A stretch of DNA of 64,000 nucleotides from an uncultured Candidatus Saccharibacteria bacterium (lineage in GTDB: Bacteria > Patescibacteriota > Saccharimonadia > Saccharimonadales > Saccharimonadaceae). The notes below the pieces were generated by a model. That model had not been told where the DNA came from and made no database searches. It was given only the letters and a program-made list of their open reading frames with translations. Both the position numbers and the translations under genes were made by a program. The stretch lies in NCBI GenBank assembly GCA_944391325.1, contig CALXTC010000016.1, positions 7,303 to 71,302 of the forward strand. The letters are read 5' to 3'. This document shows positions 10,044 through 20,375 of this stretch, piece after piece; the first letter of the stretch is position 1; each line of letters starts with the position of its first letter.

Positions 10044-10676
10044 GTGATTGATATAGCTAAGTTAGTTGCTAAGTATTCGTTAGTATCCGATCAGGTCAGC
10101 AAGCAGGAAATAACTATCGTCTTAAGCCAGTTGCAACAAGTGCTATCTAGCGGCGTAGTTGGCGATGTGGTTGAGCTGGGTTGCTACAAGGGAACAACCA
10201 GTCTGTTTTTGGCGCGCTTGTTAAAGGAGTGCTTATCAAATAAAAAGTTGTGGCTGTATGACTCTTTTCAGGGGTTGCCCGAAAAATCCCCCAAAGATGA
10301 TGTTCAATTGGGCGATAGTTTTCAGGTGGGTGAGCTGGCAGCGACTAAGGCGGAGGTGTTGCGCAATTTTGCTCACGCCAACCTGCCTAGACCAATTATT
10401 AAAAAAGGTTGGTTTAGTGATTTAACTGATGCCGATTTGCCACCAGAAATATGTTTTGCTTATCTGGATGGTGACTATTATGACAGTATTGTTGATAGTT
10501 TTCGTCTATGCCAAAACAAGTTGACACCAGGAGCGGTGGTGGTTGTCGATGACTACACAAATCCACAGCTACCCGGCGTTGCCATTGCGGTTGACGAATG
10601 GCGTCGATGCAATAGTGTTAAAATCAGCCGATTTGAGATACGTGATAGCCTGGCGGTTATTCAGCTTGTGGTATAA
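10044..10676 (+). CDS. TylF/MycF/NovP family O-methyltransferase
   Basis: GDVVELGCYKG, YDSFQGLP, KGWFSD, YLDGDYYDS, VVDDY. Confidence 0.88.
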   Translation: MIDIAKLVAKYSLVSDQVSKQEITIVLSQLQQVLSSGVVGDVVELGCYKGTTSLFLARLLKECLSNKKLWLYDSFQGLPEKSPKDDVQLGDSFQVGELAATKAEVLRNFAHANLPRPIIKKGWFSDLTDADLPPEICFAYLDGDYYDSIVDSFRLCQNKLTPGAVVVVDDYTNPQLPGVAIAVDEWRRCNSVKISRFEIRDSLAVIQLVV

Positions 10677-10684
10677 TTACATCA

Positions 10685-11377
10685 GTGAAAATAGAGATGA
10701 AGGGTGGGAATCTAGTGTTTCGTAGGCGCCGTACTGGGGCTAGTGCTGACTCGGCTGGTGGTTCAATCTTGCAGATGCCCGTCGTTCGGAACCACCGGTC
10801 TTTCTGGCTGTGGAGTAGCTTAGTGCTGGTGGCAATTATCCTAGCTCTCTTGTCGGCCTGGTTTTTGCGTCAAAACAACTTAAATATGGCCAAGTTGCGT
10901 GATCAGTTGGTGCAAACTGATAAATCGGGTGAGGTCGAGCTAGTCCAGGAAGCTGCTAAAGACTTGCAAAATTATGTGGCTCATCATATGAATACGGCAA
11001 CGGGGCGGATTGCCCTGCAAACTCTGTATAATCAGGCGGCTGAACAGGCGATGGAGGCGTCAAAACCACCTGAGATCAGTACCGATGTTTACCAACAGGC
11101 CACAGAGGCTTGTCGGCCACAGTTGACTAATTATGGGTATCGGGCGTGGGCTAGTTGCGTGGCGACACAAGTCGGGTTAAACGCCACTACATCCCTTGCA
11201 GTGGCTGACGACGTAGCCCCAGATCCAGATTTGTATTATGTTGAATATGCTCCAGCTCGGTGGAGTGCCGATCTAGCGGGCATATGCCTATTACTATTTG
11301 TAATAGATATGGCCATTTTAACACTAGCGTTATTAGTGGTGATTATCCGTAAAGTTATTCAGCGTTGTTGCCGTTAG
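10685..11377 (+). CDS. Hypothetical membrane protein (2 TM flanking an extracytoplasmic domain)
   Basis: Long ORF with N- and C-terminal hydrophobic helices; TGGTATAAT 7 nt before GTG. Confidence 0.75.
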   Translation: MKIEMKGGNLVFRRRRTGASADSAGGSILQMPVVRNHRSFWLWSSLVLVAIILALLSAWFLRQNNLNMAKLRDQLVQTDKSGEVELVQEAAKDLQNYVAHHMNTATGRIALQTLYNQAAEQAMEASKPPEISTDVYQQATEACRPQLTNYGYRAWASCVATQVGLNATTSLAVADDVAPDPDLYYVEYAPARWSADLAGICLLLFVIDMAILTLALLVVIIRKVIQRCCR

Positions 11378-11399
11378 CCGACTAGAGTATTTACAGGGG

Positions 11400-11428
11400 T
11401 TGACAGTAGATAAGCGATAATATAACCT
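11400..11428 (+). promoter_or_regulatory. Sigma70-type promoter for the 72-aa protein gene, flanked by inverted repeat TTTACAGG/CCTGTAAA
   Basis: TTGACA (11400-05), 17-nt spacer, TAACCT (11423-28); inverted-repeat arms at 11390-97 and 11426-33. Confidence 0.5.
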
Positions 11429-11461
11429 GTAAAGTGTAAGTTAACAAGGAGGAATTCAAAG

Positions 11462-11680
11462 ATGGCAGCTTACCAATTTGTCAACTCTAAGGGGGTGACC
11501 TACTATCTGCACAAGAAGGACGTAGTTCTACGTGGTGACCGCGCCCAGACTATCTACTTCTTCTCGAAGCAGATTGGTGGCAAGAGCGGCAAAGAGCAGG
11601 CGATCGAGCAGCTACCTGAGGGTCGCACAGTGACTGAGAATCCACGCAATGGCTTCCCAACACTGAAGAAGGTTGCTTAA
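11462..11680 (+). CDS. Small basic conserved hypothetical protein (NSKGxTYYLH...TIYFF...ENPRNGFPxLKK type)
   Basis: Strong SD AAGGAGG; own promoter and terminator. Confidence 0.85.
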   Translation: MAAYQFVNSKGVTYYLHKKDVVLRGDRAQTIYFFSKQIGGKSGKEQAIEQLPEGRTVTENPRNGFPTLKKVA

Positions 11681-11700
11681 ATTATTAGATGCTACTAAGT

Positions 11701-11728
11701 AAAAGAGAGTCCGAATGGGCTCTCTTTT
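11701..11728. terminator. Intrinsic terminator (bidirectional-type)
   Basis: AAAAGAGAGTCC-GAAT-GGGCTCTCTTTT hairpin. Confidence 0.8.
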
Positions 11729-11747
11729 ACTGTGGTACAATGTAATT

Positions 11748-12440
11748 ATGGGAAGAGGCGAAGTGCAAGATCTACACTGGAATGGTGGCAACAACGGCGA
11801 CTGGGTTGAGAACGACGAGGGGGAGATTTGTCCAGTTGATGACTTTGCCGGCGAGCTTGATCAAACATATTTTGATGATGCCAATCACGATGACATAGAT
11901 GATGGTATTGATGCTGATGTTGCCGATACTGTCGATACTGATGATGCCGATTGTGGCGATTTTCACACACGGTCGCGACAACAGAAGGAGCACGCTGTGG
12001 CTGGGATGGCAATGGCAGCGACTGGAGCATCGCCACACAAACCACAGAAAAATAGTCGTCCAAATAGTCGGCCGAACCGTTCTGCAAAACGTGAACTAGA
12101 TATGAGTAGTCCCGCCTATGGTGATCTGGCGGACGTTTTTCCACCAAAATATGATCTTAAGAATATGCCGGCCGTGCGTAGCGCCTATATAGCATATCTA
12201 TCCTCGCTACTGGGCGAGACTAAGCGGGCGTTGGATGAACTATGTCAATCTGATGAATATCTGGATGAAGTGGCTGAATACGACCGACAGGTGGACGAAG
12301 CCAATGATAATTGCCCAGTGCAACCTAGACTAACCAGGGCGTTGCGAGCCGAGGCACAGGCTAGGCGCCGTATCAGGGCATTGCAAGAGCGCATTGACAA
12401 AATTAGACAACTGGGTGATAAATCAAACAATCAGCAGTGA
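11748..12440 (+). CDS. Hypothetical protein with acidic N-terminus and coiled-coil C-terminus
   Basis: ORF; start refined to ATG 11748, 6 nt after TGGTACAAT. The listed longer start lies inside the terminator. Confidence 0.65.
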   Translation: MGRGEVQDLHWNGGNNGDWVENDEGEICPVDDFAGELDQTYFDDANHDDIDDGIDADVADTVDTDDADCGDFHTRSRQQKEHAVAGMAMAATGASPHKPQKNSRPNSRPNRSAKRELDMSSPAYGDLADVFPPKYDLKNMPAVRSAYIAYLSSLLGETKRALDELCQSDEYLDEVAEYDRQVDEANDNCPVQPRLTRALRAEAQARRRIRALQERIDKIRQLGDKSNNQQ

Positions 12441-12457
12441 ACTAATACAATAATACC

Positions 12458-12533
12458 TGGTCGGGGCAGCTGGGTTTGAACCAGCGACCAATCGGTTATG
12501 AGCCGACTGCTCTAACCACTGAGCTATGCCCCG
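12458..12533 (-). tRNA. tRNA with CAT anticodon, most likely tRNA-Ile2 (lysidine) rather than Met
   Basis: CGGGGCA/TGCCCCG acceptor stem, GTCGG-CTCATAA-CCGAT anticodon arm, GGTTCAAA T-loop, encoded CCA; lacks the fMet GGG/CCC stem. Confidence 0.9.
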
Positions 12534-12572
12534 ACTCATCGTATTATAGCATATGGGTGATATAATATAGGG

Positions 12573-12971
12573 GTGTTTGACAGAATAAAACAAAAACTGA
12601 CCGGGTTTTGGACAAGCAACCGAATTATTATGGCTGTAGTTATCGTGGCGGTGTTGGTTTGGATTATGTCAACAATTCAGGTGCTAAATAACAATTATAA
12701 TTTGCAACGACAAGTTGATAACGCTGTTTTAGATAATCAGGTGACCGAGCTGGAAAATGAAAATCTGCGATTAGAGCAAATGTACTATCAGACCGATGAA
12801 TATTTGGAGTTATCGGCGCGATCGCTACTCGGTAAGGCACAACCTGGTGAACATATGGTTATATTACCCAGAATTGAACATAGCGCCAGCGAAGTAACGG
12901 ATGGTCGAGCGGTGGTTGAAAAATCAAATCTGGACCAGTGGCTAGACTTTTTGTTTGGGCAACATGACTAG
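12573..12971 (+). CDS. Septum formation initiator (FtsB/DivIC-like)
   Basis: Single TM, coiled coil, EYLELSARSLLGKAQPGEH motif. Confidence 0.8.
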   Translation: MFDRIKQKLTGFWTSNRIIMAVVIVAVLVWIMSTIQVLNNNYNLQRQVDNAVLDNQVTELENENLRLEQMYYQTDEYLELSARSLLGKAQPGEHMVILPRIEHSASEVTDGRAVVEKSNLDQWLDFLFGQHD

Positions 12972-12993
12972 TTAGTGTGCTAAAATGGCTGTA

Positions 12994-13431
12994 ATGAAAC
13001 GAGAAAAAGGCTTTACAGTAATTGAGGTAGCGATAGTAGTAGTGGTGCTAATTGTGCTGGCTGTGTTCTTTATCGTTCAGCGCAATGGCCTGGAGAAGGC
13101 TAGCCGCGATCAGGAGCGCAAAACAGCAATTAATGCTATGTATTATTCACTGACCGAGGGATTTTATGCTGAAAATGGCTATTATCCACGAACGATCAGT
13201 CGCGAGCAGCTACCAACGGTTGATCCAACACTATTTACCGATCCATCGGGCTACACTTTAGAGGGTGATACCTGTGTTTACACTGGTGATGATAACCAGC
13301 AGAAAACTGATGGCCAATGCGAGTATCACTATCTGCCAGCCGATTGTGATAACGATGGCAAATGTAAATCATTTACCCTGTCAGCCGACCTAGAAACCGA
13401 GGCTGACTATCAGAAGAAGAGTGATAACTAG
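12994..13431 (+). CDS. Type IV pilin / pseudopilin
   Basis: KREKG|FTVIE prepilin cleavage motif, hydrophobic helix, C-terminal Cys residues; start 7 nt after TGCTAAAAT. Confidence 0.88.
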   Translation: MKREKGFTVIEVAIVVVVLIVLAVFFIVQRNGLEKASRDQERKTAINAMYYSLTEGFYAENGYYPRTISREQLPTVDPTLFTDPSGYTLEGDTCVYTGDDNQQKTDGQCEYHYLPADCDNDGKCKSFTLSADLETEADYQKKSDN

Positions 13432-13457
13432 ACCGATTGTCCACTGTTAGTGTTCGT

Positions 13458-14093
13458 CTAATGGCGTCGTCGACGGTGGTATTTGGTTGGCTCACCCTCG
13501 TCAACCTGTTGAACAACGTGGTTAATGATACGAAATTGCTCTTGCGGATTATCGACGTAGGTAAAAATGTAGGTTTGCTCGTCACCAACAGTACTAAGGC
13601 GAATTGTGCCGTAGTTGAATACATGGTGGGCTGGATTAGATTGAGTTAGGCTGCAGTCCTCGATATGCTCTAGCTCGACATTTTGCGTGCGTTTGGCGAA
13701 TGGCGTGGGTTGGATATTAGCGATAACTCGTTCGTTAGTGACAATGAATGTATTGTTACGATAAATCCTAGTGCCAATCAGCCCAACCAGTAGCGACATT
13801 GCGATGGTTGTAATAATTAAGCCTACTCCGACTAGCGGGCTAATGGCGATAGGGGAGGTTTGGTGTAATAGGATAGTAATAGTTCCCATGGCAATAAAAA
13901 CCAACAGAGCAAATAACCAGATACGAACAATTCCAATAGGCGACCGTTGAACGTCAATGACAACATATTCAGTTGGCGAAAAGTGAATATCCGGATAATC
14001 ATGGACGCTACGATCGTGGTCGGCCTGTTCGGCCGGTGTTAAATGGTCTGGTGCTGATGGAATATCTGGGTTGTCATTTGCATCGTTATTCAT
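13458..14093 (-). CDS. Membrane protein with bacterial PH (bPH_2-like) domain
   Basis: 2 TM, then FIVTNERVI...LEHIEDCS...FNYGTIRLST. Confidence 0.8.
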   Translation of the reverse strand: MNNDANDNPDIPSAPDHLTPAEQADHDRSVHDYPDIHFSPTEYVVIDVQRSPIGIVRIWLFALLVFIAMGTITILLHQTSPIAISPLVGVGLIITTIAMSLLVGLIGTRIYRNNTFIVTNERVIANIQPTPFAKRTQNVELEHIEDCSLTQSNPAHHVFNYGTIRLSTVGDEQTYIFTYVDNPQEQFRIINHVVQQVDEGEPTKYHRRRRH

Positions 14094-14132
14094 AATCTTA
14101 ATTTTAGCACAGCCAGATAGTCGGACTAGTAG

Positions 14133-16052
14133 TTAGGGTGTTGCCATAACTGGCGTTGTATTGACGGTCCAATTGCTCACATTTTGAAAACGATTGCTGG
14201 CATCAATCAACGAGCCACCAGTTGAGAGTGAATTAATGTTTTTATCCATGACATAGAAGAAACTGGGCTGGTACAAGGCAATGGCTGGATTATCCTGCAG
14301 CCATTGGTCGACAAAGGCGATATAACGAGATTCACGGGCTGATGGGTTGGGGTTAGTGCGACCGTTAGCCAAGGCAATTTCTGCTCGCCGAGAGCTGTAA
14401 TTGGCTAAATTGAGGCCAGTTGGCGTTGCCTGAGTTGATGACCAATAGGCAAACATATCGGGGTCAGCCCCAAGGTGCAACTGATAAACCAGCACGTCAT
14501 AATTGCGGGGTACTAGGTAACCTTGCTGAGCCTGAGTCGCGTCAACGGCTTCAACAGTAGCGTTAACGCCAATTTCTTTCCATTGGTTGGCAATCATTTG
14601 GGCGACATCTTGATAGTTGGTGCCTGCGATGGTAACGATCCGAATAGTCAACTCTTGACCATTCTTAGTGCGATATTTTGCCCCCTCTGATAGTGTCCAG
14701 CCAGTTTGCTCTAGCTCAGCTTTGGCCTGTTCGGCGTTGTAATCTGGTTGCTTTAATTGATCGATAGAATCGTAGACGCCAGTGGCAATAGGAGTCTCTA
14801 GGTCGGTTGGTGGTTGAATATTGCCGTCGTCGCTGACGCCACCATTGCGAATGGCGTCTCTATTGAGTGCCAGTCGCAAAGCATTGCGAATTGTTTGATC
14901 GCTAGTTAGTTCGCCACTATTATTAAAGATTGCAAAGACGCCGTCGGCCGTCTTGAGCTGAACTACCTTGAATTTATGGGTGTCAACTTCGGCAATGTCC
15001 TGGGTATTGGCGTTGCTAACAGCGTTGATTTCGCCACGTTCAAGTCCAGCCATCATTGTTTGGTTATCACTGTAGGTGCGAATCGATAGCTCGTCGAGCT
15101 TGGGTGTGGCTCCATAATAGTGATCGTTGGGGTCGAAATGCCAAATGCTATTGTCGTCGGTCGTTTCAATGTTATTTAACATAAATGGACCTGATCCAAC
15201 TATTGATTCAGGTTGCTCGCTAAACAAACTGGCAATTTCTATTGCCGTTTTGTTGTTCAAAATGTGTTCAGGTAGAATGCCAAAAGTAAGCGACGCATCA
15301 AAGGCCATTAGCGGGCTAGATAAAGTAAAGGCAACTGTTAGATCGTCGATTTTGGTTGCCTTAATACCACTCCAACTACTAGCTAGGGTACTATTGATAT
15401 CTGGGTTCTGCATTAACTTGACGGTGTAGATGATGTCATCGGCATTCAACGCCTCGCCGTCAGTCCAGGTCAATGATGGCTTTAATTTAACGGTCCAGAC
15501 CTTGCCCGTATCGTCGTGTGACCATGATTCGGCTAGGCTGCCACGTAGTTTATTGGCTTCGTCGTAGGATAATAGGGACAGATAGACCAGTTGGCTAGCC
15601 GCCTTTTCTGTGTTGGTAGTGGCGTAAAGTGGACTAATGGTAGTTAATTTGTCGGTTGTTCCCTCGGCATATGTTCCGCCATTGGCGGCCGCCACGGTTA
15701 TGTCCTGATTGTTGTAATAAATTACCTGGACAAAACTGCCTATAATTAGGGCTAGCATTAAAACTAGCCACAAAACAACATTGCGACGAGCCATTCGAAT
15801 ATGATCCCATCGTTCGACGATGAATTTTTTGCCATGCTTAACAATATGAGCAGTGGTTTTATCAAGTTTTCGTCTGGTTTGACGTGCTAGTTTGTCAGGA
15901 CGAAATCCACTACGTCGTTTAGCCCTGGTTTGCCGAGTAGTCGCTCCGTCAGCCTTGGGTGTGACTGATTGAGCTTGCCTAGAGTGCGAGCTAGGAGCCT
16001 TGGTTGTCTCTTTGCCGGCTGGTCTAACGTCCTGATTGTTGCTTTTGTTCAT
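14133..16052 (-). CDS. Peptide ABC transporter substrate-binding protein (family 5, OppA/DppA-like), membrane-anchored
   Basis: GGTYAEG, LAESW, WTDGEALNADDIIYT, VGSGPF, RLALNRD motifs; long basic N-terminus plus TM. Confidence 0.88.
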   Translation of the reverse strand: MNKSNNQDVRPAGKETTKAPSSHSRQAQSVTPKADGATTRQTRAKRRSGFRPDKLARQTRRKLDKTTAHIVKHGKKFIVERWDHIRMARRNVVLWLVLMLALIIGSFVQVIYYNNQDITVAAANGGTYAEGTTDKLTTISPLYATTNTEKAASQLVYLSLLSYDEANKLRGSLAESWSHDDTGKVWTVKLKPSLTWTDGEALNADDIIYTVKLMQNPDINSTLASSWSGIKATKIDDLTVAFTLSSPLMAFDASLTFGILPEHILNNKTAIEIASLFSEQPESIVGSGPFMLNNIETTDDNSIWHFDPNDHYYGATPKLDELSIRTYSDNQTMMAGLERGEINAVSNANTQDIAEVDTHKFKVVQLKTADGVFAIFNNSGELTSDQTIRNALRLALNRDAIRNGGVSDDGNIQPPTDLETPIATGVYDSIDQLKQPDYNAEQAKAELEQTGWTLSEGAKYRTKNGQELTIRIVTIAGTNYQDVAQMIANQWKEIGVNATVEAVDATQAQQGYLVPRNYDVLVYQLHLGADPDMFAYWSSTQATPTGLNLANYSSRRAEIALANGRTNPNPSARESRYIAFVDQWLQDNPAIALYQPSFFYVMDKNINSLSTGGSLIDASNRFQNVSNWTVNTTPVMATP

Positions 16053-16064
16053 TAAAAATAATAG

Positions 16065-16286
16065 TTAAATCATTAAGCTGGCTAGTAAGCTACCCACGAA
16101 AACGACGGCCAGAATAATGGTTGTATCGTAAAGGTTCTTTTCCAGCCCACGTCTAGTTGTGAATAATTCGCCACTAGCGCCAAATCCAGCGCCTAGCGAT
16201 GCTCCGCGCGACTGCAATAGGATTGCCAGCATCATTAGACAGGCACTAGCGATCATAACAATATCTAGAATTTCACCAACACTCAT
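16065..16286 (-). CDS. secG: Preprotein translocase subunit SecG
   Basis: ILLQSRGASLGAGFG...TRRGLEK motif; SD GAGGAGG. Confidence 0.9.
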   Translation of the reverse strand: MSVGEILDIVMIASACLMMLAILLQSRGASLGAGFGASGELFTTRRGLEKNLYDTTIILAVVFVGSLLASLMI

Positions 16287-16663
16287 AATTCCTCCTCGTC
16301 CGTGTCAACTGAGTTCAAACTATTTAACAGATAGTTTATCAGACTTAGGATTAAACTGCTAACAATTGCCCAGCCAAAACTCATATGGATATTTGGCGAG
16401 ATGGCAATGGTGAGCCAGACCATAAAGCCGTTAATAATCAGCGTGAACAGGCCCATCGTCACTAGAACGAATGGTATTGATAGTAGTGTAATTATCGGTT
16501 TAATAACGGCGTTGACGGCCGAAAAAATTAGTCCAGCCAATAGAAATGTTGCGACTGACATGGGAACGGAGTTAAGCGTATCGTAACCGAATAGTTGCAC
16601 GGCAATCCATAGCCCTAATGAGCATAGAAACCACCGCATTACGAAAGAGAGTGTTTTTTCCAC
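16283..16663 (-). CDS. YvlD-like (phage holin family) 4-TM membrane protein
   Basis: VNAVIKPIITLLSIP...TMGLFTLIING motif; start refined to GTG 16663, 6 nt after TGCTATAAT. Confidence 0.8.
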   Translation of the reverse strand: MEKTLSFVMRWFLCSLGLWIAVQLFGYDTLNSVPMSVATFLLAGLIFSAVNAVIKPIITLLSIPFVLVTMGLFTLIINGFMVWLTIAISPNIHMSFGWAIVSSLILSLINYLLNSLNSVDTDEEEL

Positions 16664-16670
16664 GTGTCTA

Positions 16671-18194
16671 TTATAGCACAAGGGACTCATGGATAATGTG
16701 CGCCAACTTAGTGCCAACTACCTTGGCTAATTCATTTTCGTCGGCAGTTTTAATCTTGGTTACTGAGCCAAAATGGCGTAATAATTTACGCTTAGTTATT
16801 GGCCCCACGCCAGGAATATTGTCCAATTCTCCGCTTGTTTGTCGTTTGCGCTTTAGGCTTTGATGATAGGTAATTGCAAAGCGATGCGACTCATCGCGTA
16901 ATCGTTGTAGTAGTTTTAGTAAATCGGTGTAGGGGTTTATCTCGGCGCTGCCTAGAAAAGTAAATGAATGGCCGGCTGAATGTTGGGCACCAACGTGAAG
17001 ATTAATCGAATAGAATTCGCCATGATCCACGATAGCTATGTTGTGCGATTCGCTAGTTGCTAATTCCTCGATTTTGCTTAGACTGATGTGACTATTGGTT
17101 TTGCTGACAATAATTTCGTCGTTATCCTTGGCCATACCAATAATGGGCAAATCTAGCACCTTGTCACACACTGCGTTAATTTGCGGCGCTCCACCATCTA
17201 CAACAATTAAATCGGGCATTCCCCAGCTGATATGTCTGGGGGAAAAGCGTCGTGTCATTACCTCGGCCATAGCGGCAAAATCATCATTTTTATTGTGGCT
17301 GATTTTGAATTTACGATATTCTCTCTTATCGGCGACGCCGTTGGTAAAGACGACCATCGACCCAACGACATCTTGTCCACCCTGGTGAGATATGTCATAG
17401 CCCTCGATGCGACGAGGTGGATTATCTAGGCCAAACAGTTGCTGAGCGCCAAATAGGGCCTTGTCTTTACTAATGTCCATAAACTCATCTCGTCCAAAGA
17501 TGATTTGTCGTCGGAGCTCGTTTAGGCTAGTTAACTTATTGCGCAATTCAGTGGCTCGCTCGAAATCAAGGTTGCGTGATGCCGCCTTCATTTCATGTTC
17601 AAGCTCACGTTGAATTTTAATGCGTTCACCTCGGAGATAGCGAGCTAAGTTGTGTAGGTCAGCTTTATATGATTTGCTGTCGTCGGCGGGGGTTAGATGT
17701 AGTTGTCTAAGCAACGCTGAATCACGCTCGCTACTTTTGGTTAGGTAGGGAAAAGAGCGACGCAAATAGCGCAGAGCCTTTTTGACTGGTGCACTACCGT
17801 AAAATGGGCCAATATATTCAGCGCCATCATCGAGCGGGACTCTGGTAAGGGTGACGGTTGGCCATTCGTCCTTAAAATTGATGCGAACATAGGAATTGTT
17901 TTTGTCGTCGCGTAGCAAGATATTGAATTTGGGCTTGTAACGCTTAATCATTTCGTTTTCTAAAAACAGAGCATCAATTTCAGAATCTGTTTCAATCCAA
18001 TCAGTCATGGCGATATTTTGGACTAGTTTAGTTGTTTTGTTATCCTTGGGACTATTATTGAAATACTGTCGAACGCGATTCTTTAAAACGGCGGCCTTAC
18101 CAACATAAATGACCTCACCATTCTTATCCTTATGAAAATAGACGCCTGGCGAGTTGGGCAGGGTTTTTAGTTTGTCCGATAAAGCCTGATTCAT
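16671..18194 (-). CDS. uvrC: Excinuclease ABC subunit C
   Basis: GIY-YIG domain (PGVY...IYVGKA), UVR domain, RIEGYDISH, VDGG, RDESHRFA, HhH. Confidence 0.95.
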   Translation of the reverse strand: MNQALSDKLKTLPNSPGVYFHKDKNGEVIYVGKAAVLKNRVRQYFNNSPKDNKTTKLVQNIAMTDWIETDSEIDALFLENEMIKRYKPKFNILLRDDKNNSYVRINFKDEWPTVTLTRVPLDDGAEYIGPFYGSAPVKKALRYLRRSFPYLTKSSERDSALLRQLHLTPADDSKSYKADLHNLARYLRGERIKIQRELEHEMKAASRNLDFERATELRNKLTSLNELRRQIIFGRDEFMDISKDKALFGAQQLFGLDNPPRRIEGYDISHQGGQDVVGSMVVFTNGVADKREYRKFKISHNKNDDFAAMAEVMTRRFSPRHISWGMPDLIVVDGGAPQINAVCDKVLDLPIIGMAKDNDEIIVSKTNSHISLSKIEELATSESHNIAIVDHGEFYSINLHVGAQHSAGHSFTFLGSAEINPYTDLLKLLQRLRDESHRFAITYHQSLKRKRQTSGELDNIPGVGPITKRKLLRHFGSVTKIKTADENELAKVVGTKLAHIIHESLVL

Positions 18195-18223
18195 ATCTAA
18201 TAGTTTACAGCATAATCTGATAG

Positions 18224-19531
<1,308 letters not shown>

Positions 19532-19604
19532 TGCTTTGGGCTACAGCTAGTTGGCTAATTCTGGTATAATTTGAATAGTTAATTAATGTGAGAAAGGGGA
19601 GCCC

Positions 19605-20306
19605 ATGGCTAAGTGGAAGTGTAAAGAGTGTGGCTATGTCTATGAGGGTGATGAACTACCCAAGGATTTTGTTTGTCCAGTTTGTGGCAAGCCGGCTAGT
19701 CAGTTTGAAATGGTCGAGGAAGATGAGAGTATTGAAGATGTTGCTACTAAGGCATCAGATGCCAAGGCGGACAACAAATATGCTGGTACTGAAACCGAGA
19801 AGAATCTAATGGCAGCTTTTGCTGGTGAGTCACAGGCTCGCAATAAATACACCTATTTTGCCAGCATTGCTCGCAAAGAGGGGTATCAGCAAATTGCAGC
19901 CATCTTTGAGGAAACGGCCGCTAACGAGCGCTACCATGCCAAAATGTGGTTCCGCGAGTTGGGTGGACTGGGCGATACTGCCGCCAACCTAAAGGCTGCT
20001 GCCGAGGGCGAAAACTATGAGTGGACTGATATGTATACTGGCTTCGCCGAAACTGCCGAGAAGGAGGGCTTTGCTGAGCTAGCCGAGAAATTCCGCCAGG
20101 TTGGTGAAATTGAAAAGCATCACGAAGAGCGCTATCGCAAACTACTAGAAAACGTTGAAAAGGGCGAGGTGTTTGAGCGCGGCACGGTAAAGATTTGGCA
20201 ATGTCGTAATTGTGGACATATTGTTGTCGGTACGACTGCGCCTGAAATTTGCCCAGTTTGTGCTCCCCCACAGGCCTACTACGAAATCAAGGCTGAAAAT
20301 TACTAA
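19605..20306 (+). CDS. rbr: Rubrerythrin with an extra N-terminal rubredoxin-like domain
   Basis: [10 protein letters not shown]...[16 protein letters not shown], ExxH di-iron motifs, C-terminal WQCRNCG...CPVC; SD GAAAGGGG. Confidence 0.92.
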   Translation: MAKWKCKECGYVYEGDELPKDFVCPVCGKPASQFEMVEEDESIEDVATKASDAKADNKYAGTETEKNLMAAFAGESQARNKYTYFASIARKEGYQQIAAIFEETAANERYHAKMWFRELGGLGDTAANLKAAAEGENYEWTDMYTGFAETAEKEGFAELAEKFRQVGEIEKHHEERYRKLLENVEKGEVFERGTVKIWQCRNCGHIVVGTTAPEICPVCAPPQAYYEIKAENY

Positions 20307-20326
20307 ATGCCCAAATACCAAAAAAT

Positions 20327-20349
20327 TAGCCTCCCCTCGCGGGAGGCTA
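20327..20349. terminator. Hairpin/terminator downstream of rubrerythrin
   Basis: TAGCCTCCC-CTCGC-GGGAGGCTA. Confidence 0.65.
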
Positions 20350-20375
20350 TCTAATGAAATGATAAGGAGGAAAAT

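Noticed and set aside
16283-16717. Holin-family gene as evidence of a prophage
   Set aside because: It is a YvlD-like membrane protein in housekeeping context (uvrC-secG), with no phage genes or integrase.
20255-20275. Rubrerythrin CPVCAPP instead of the usual CPVCAHP
   Set aside because: It is a single substitution at a non-ligand position next to a C run; it may be drift or a base error and cannot be interpreted alone.
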